Notes under the pieces: model-generated | Database searches by the model: none | Seen by the model: the letters and a program-made list of their open reading frames with translations, nothing else | What the model was told of the DNA's origin: nothing | NCBI GenBank assembly: GCA_044233485.1 | Contig: JBIIJY010000002.1 | Location: 74,047 to 125,874 of the forward strand | Length of the DNA: 51,828 nucleotides | Direction: 5' to 3' | Origin: Minisyncoccia bacterium | Lineage (GTDB): Bacteria; Patescibacteriota; Minisyncoccia; Phycocordibacterales; UBA6065 | Program-made: the position numbers and the translations under genes | Part shown: positions 51,434 to 51,828 of the stretch, in pieces | Layout of the letters: each line of letters starts with the position of its first letter | How positions within the stretch are numbered: position 1 is the stretch's first letter

Positions 51434-51828
51434 CTTCGTGGTCCTAAGATACAGTAATCATATGTTGCCCAACGATTTGTCGACGTGACGTCATTGGTAT
51501 TTGCTGGCGGAAAAGTTGGTTGTCCGCCAGTACCACTACCACTGTAACCAGGGCCAAGAGAGAAGCCAAATACTGGCAAATTGAAGCGCGCAGTCTCTAC
51601 AGAAAAGGCAATTACATATTCATAATTCGCTATAGGTTGACCACCGCAAGACGCGGTATGCCAGCCATTTACCGAATCATACCTAGTGTATTTATAACAC
51701 AGTGAATCTACCTCGCCGTATCCCACACTCCCTCTAGGATCTTCAGGGATTCGAGCAAGAAAATTGTTCGTTATAAGCGGCGTGAGCGACTCGTCCCAAT
51801 CCCCCATCATGTCAGAACAAGAACCCTG
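51430..51828 (-). CDS. C-terminal part of an upstream protein (probably pilin-like); open to the right edge
   Basis: The reading frame stays open to the last base of the window. Contains ...ARIPEDPRGS... and Cys pairs like pilin globular domains. It is co-oriented with, and overlaps, the pilin gene. Confidence 0.4.
   Translation of the reverse strand, partial: QGSCSDMMGDWDESLTPLITNNFLARIPEDPRGSVGYGEVDSLCYKYTRYDSVNGWHTASCGGQPIANYEYVIAFSVETARFNLPVFGFSLGPGYSGSGTGGQPTFPPANTNDVTSTNRWATYDYCILGPRR

Noticed and set aside
1-51828. CRISPR arrays, rRNA genes, integrases and transposases
   Set aside because: I saw no regularly spaced direct repeats, no rRNA-like conserved stretches, and no ORF with recombinase or transposase motifs (R..H..R..Y or DDE). 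The only repeats are the tRNA-linked ones and the short AT-rich motifs at 29.1-29.6 kb.

Overview
All family calls below come from reading motifs in the supplied translations and the raw sequence; no database search was run. The window looks like a streamlined bacterial chromosome segment. My inference is a Patescibacteria/CPR-like organism, based on domain-reduced PheS/PheT, many short-leader type IV pilin genes, large O-antigen-ligase/TPR membrane proteins and no obvious Shine-Dalgarno use.

Layout, left to right:
(1) 1-5.4 kb: minor-pilin / prepilin-peptidase operon headed by a 990-aa NHL-propeller protein.
(2) 5.5-17.2 kb: housekeeping genes (pheST, tsf, rpsB, prfA, rpmE), envelope genes and two tandem major-pilin genes.
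(3) 17.5-26.5 kb: an ABC-transporter-dependent glycan cluster.
(4) 26.6-27.1 kb: two tRNA-Ser genes.
(5) 27.2-36.3 kb: an accessory region. It holds an orphan four-gene operon ending in a HEPN-like protein, a low-GC orphan gene, small detoxification/resistance-type enzymes and two frameshifted genes.
(6) 36.5-51.8 kb: mutY-like, murJ, rnpB, nrdJ, fba, pfkB-type kinase, a Cas4-like nuclease and more pilins.

The most unusual signal is non-coding. All four tRNA genes in the window (Thr, Asp, Ser, Ser) are followed by a 100-175-nt hairpin-rich element with two parts. One is an 11-12-nt perfect antisense copy of that tRNA's own T-loop/3' T-stem. The other is a downstream second copy of that tRNA's 3' end, exact or near-exact at three loci and degenerate at Ser1. 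The elements fall into two sequence classes, and paired copies show compensatory hairpin substitutions. I do not recognise this as a described RNA or mobile-element family.

A second window-wide signal is a TATACT-type -10 hexamer 6-8 nt upstream of many start codons, which implies mostly leaderless mRNAs. I used it to re-pick several start codons.

No rRNA, CRISPR array, integrase or transposase gene was seen.
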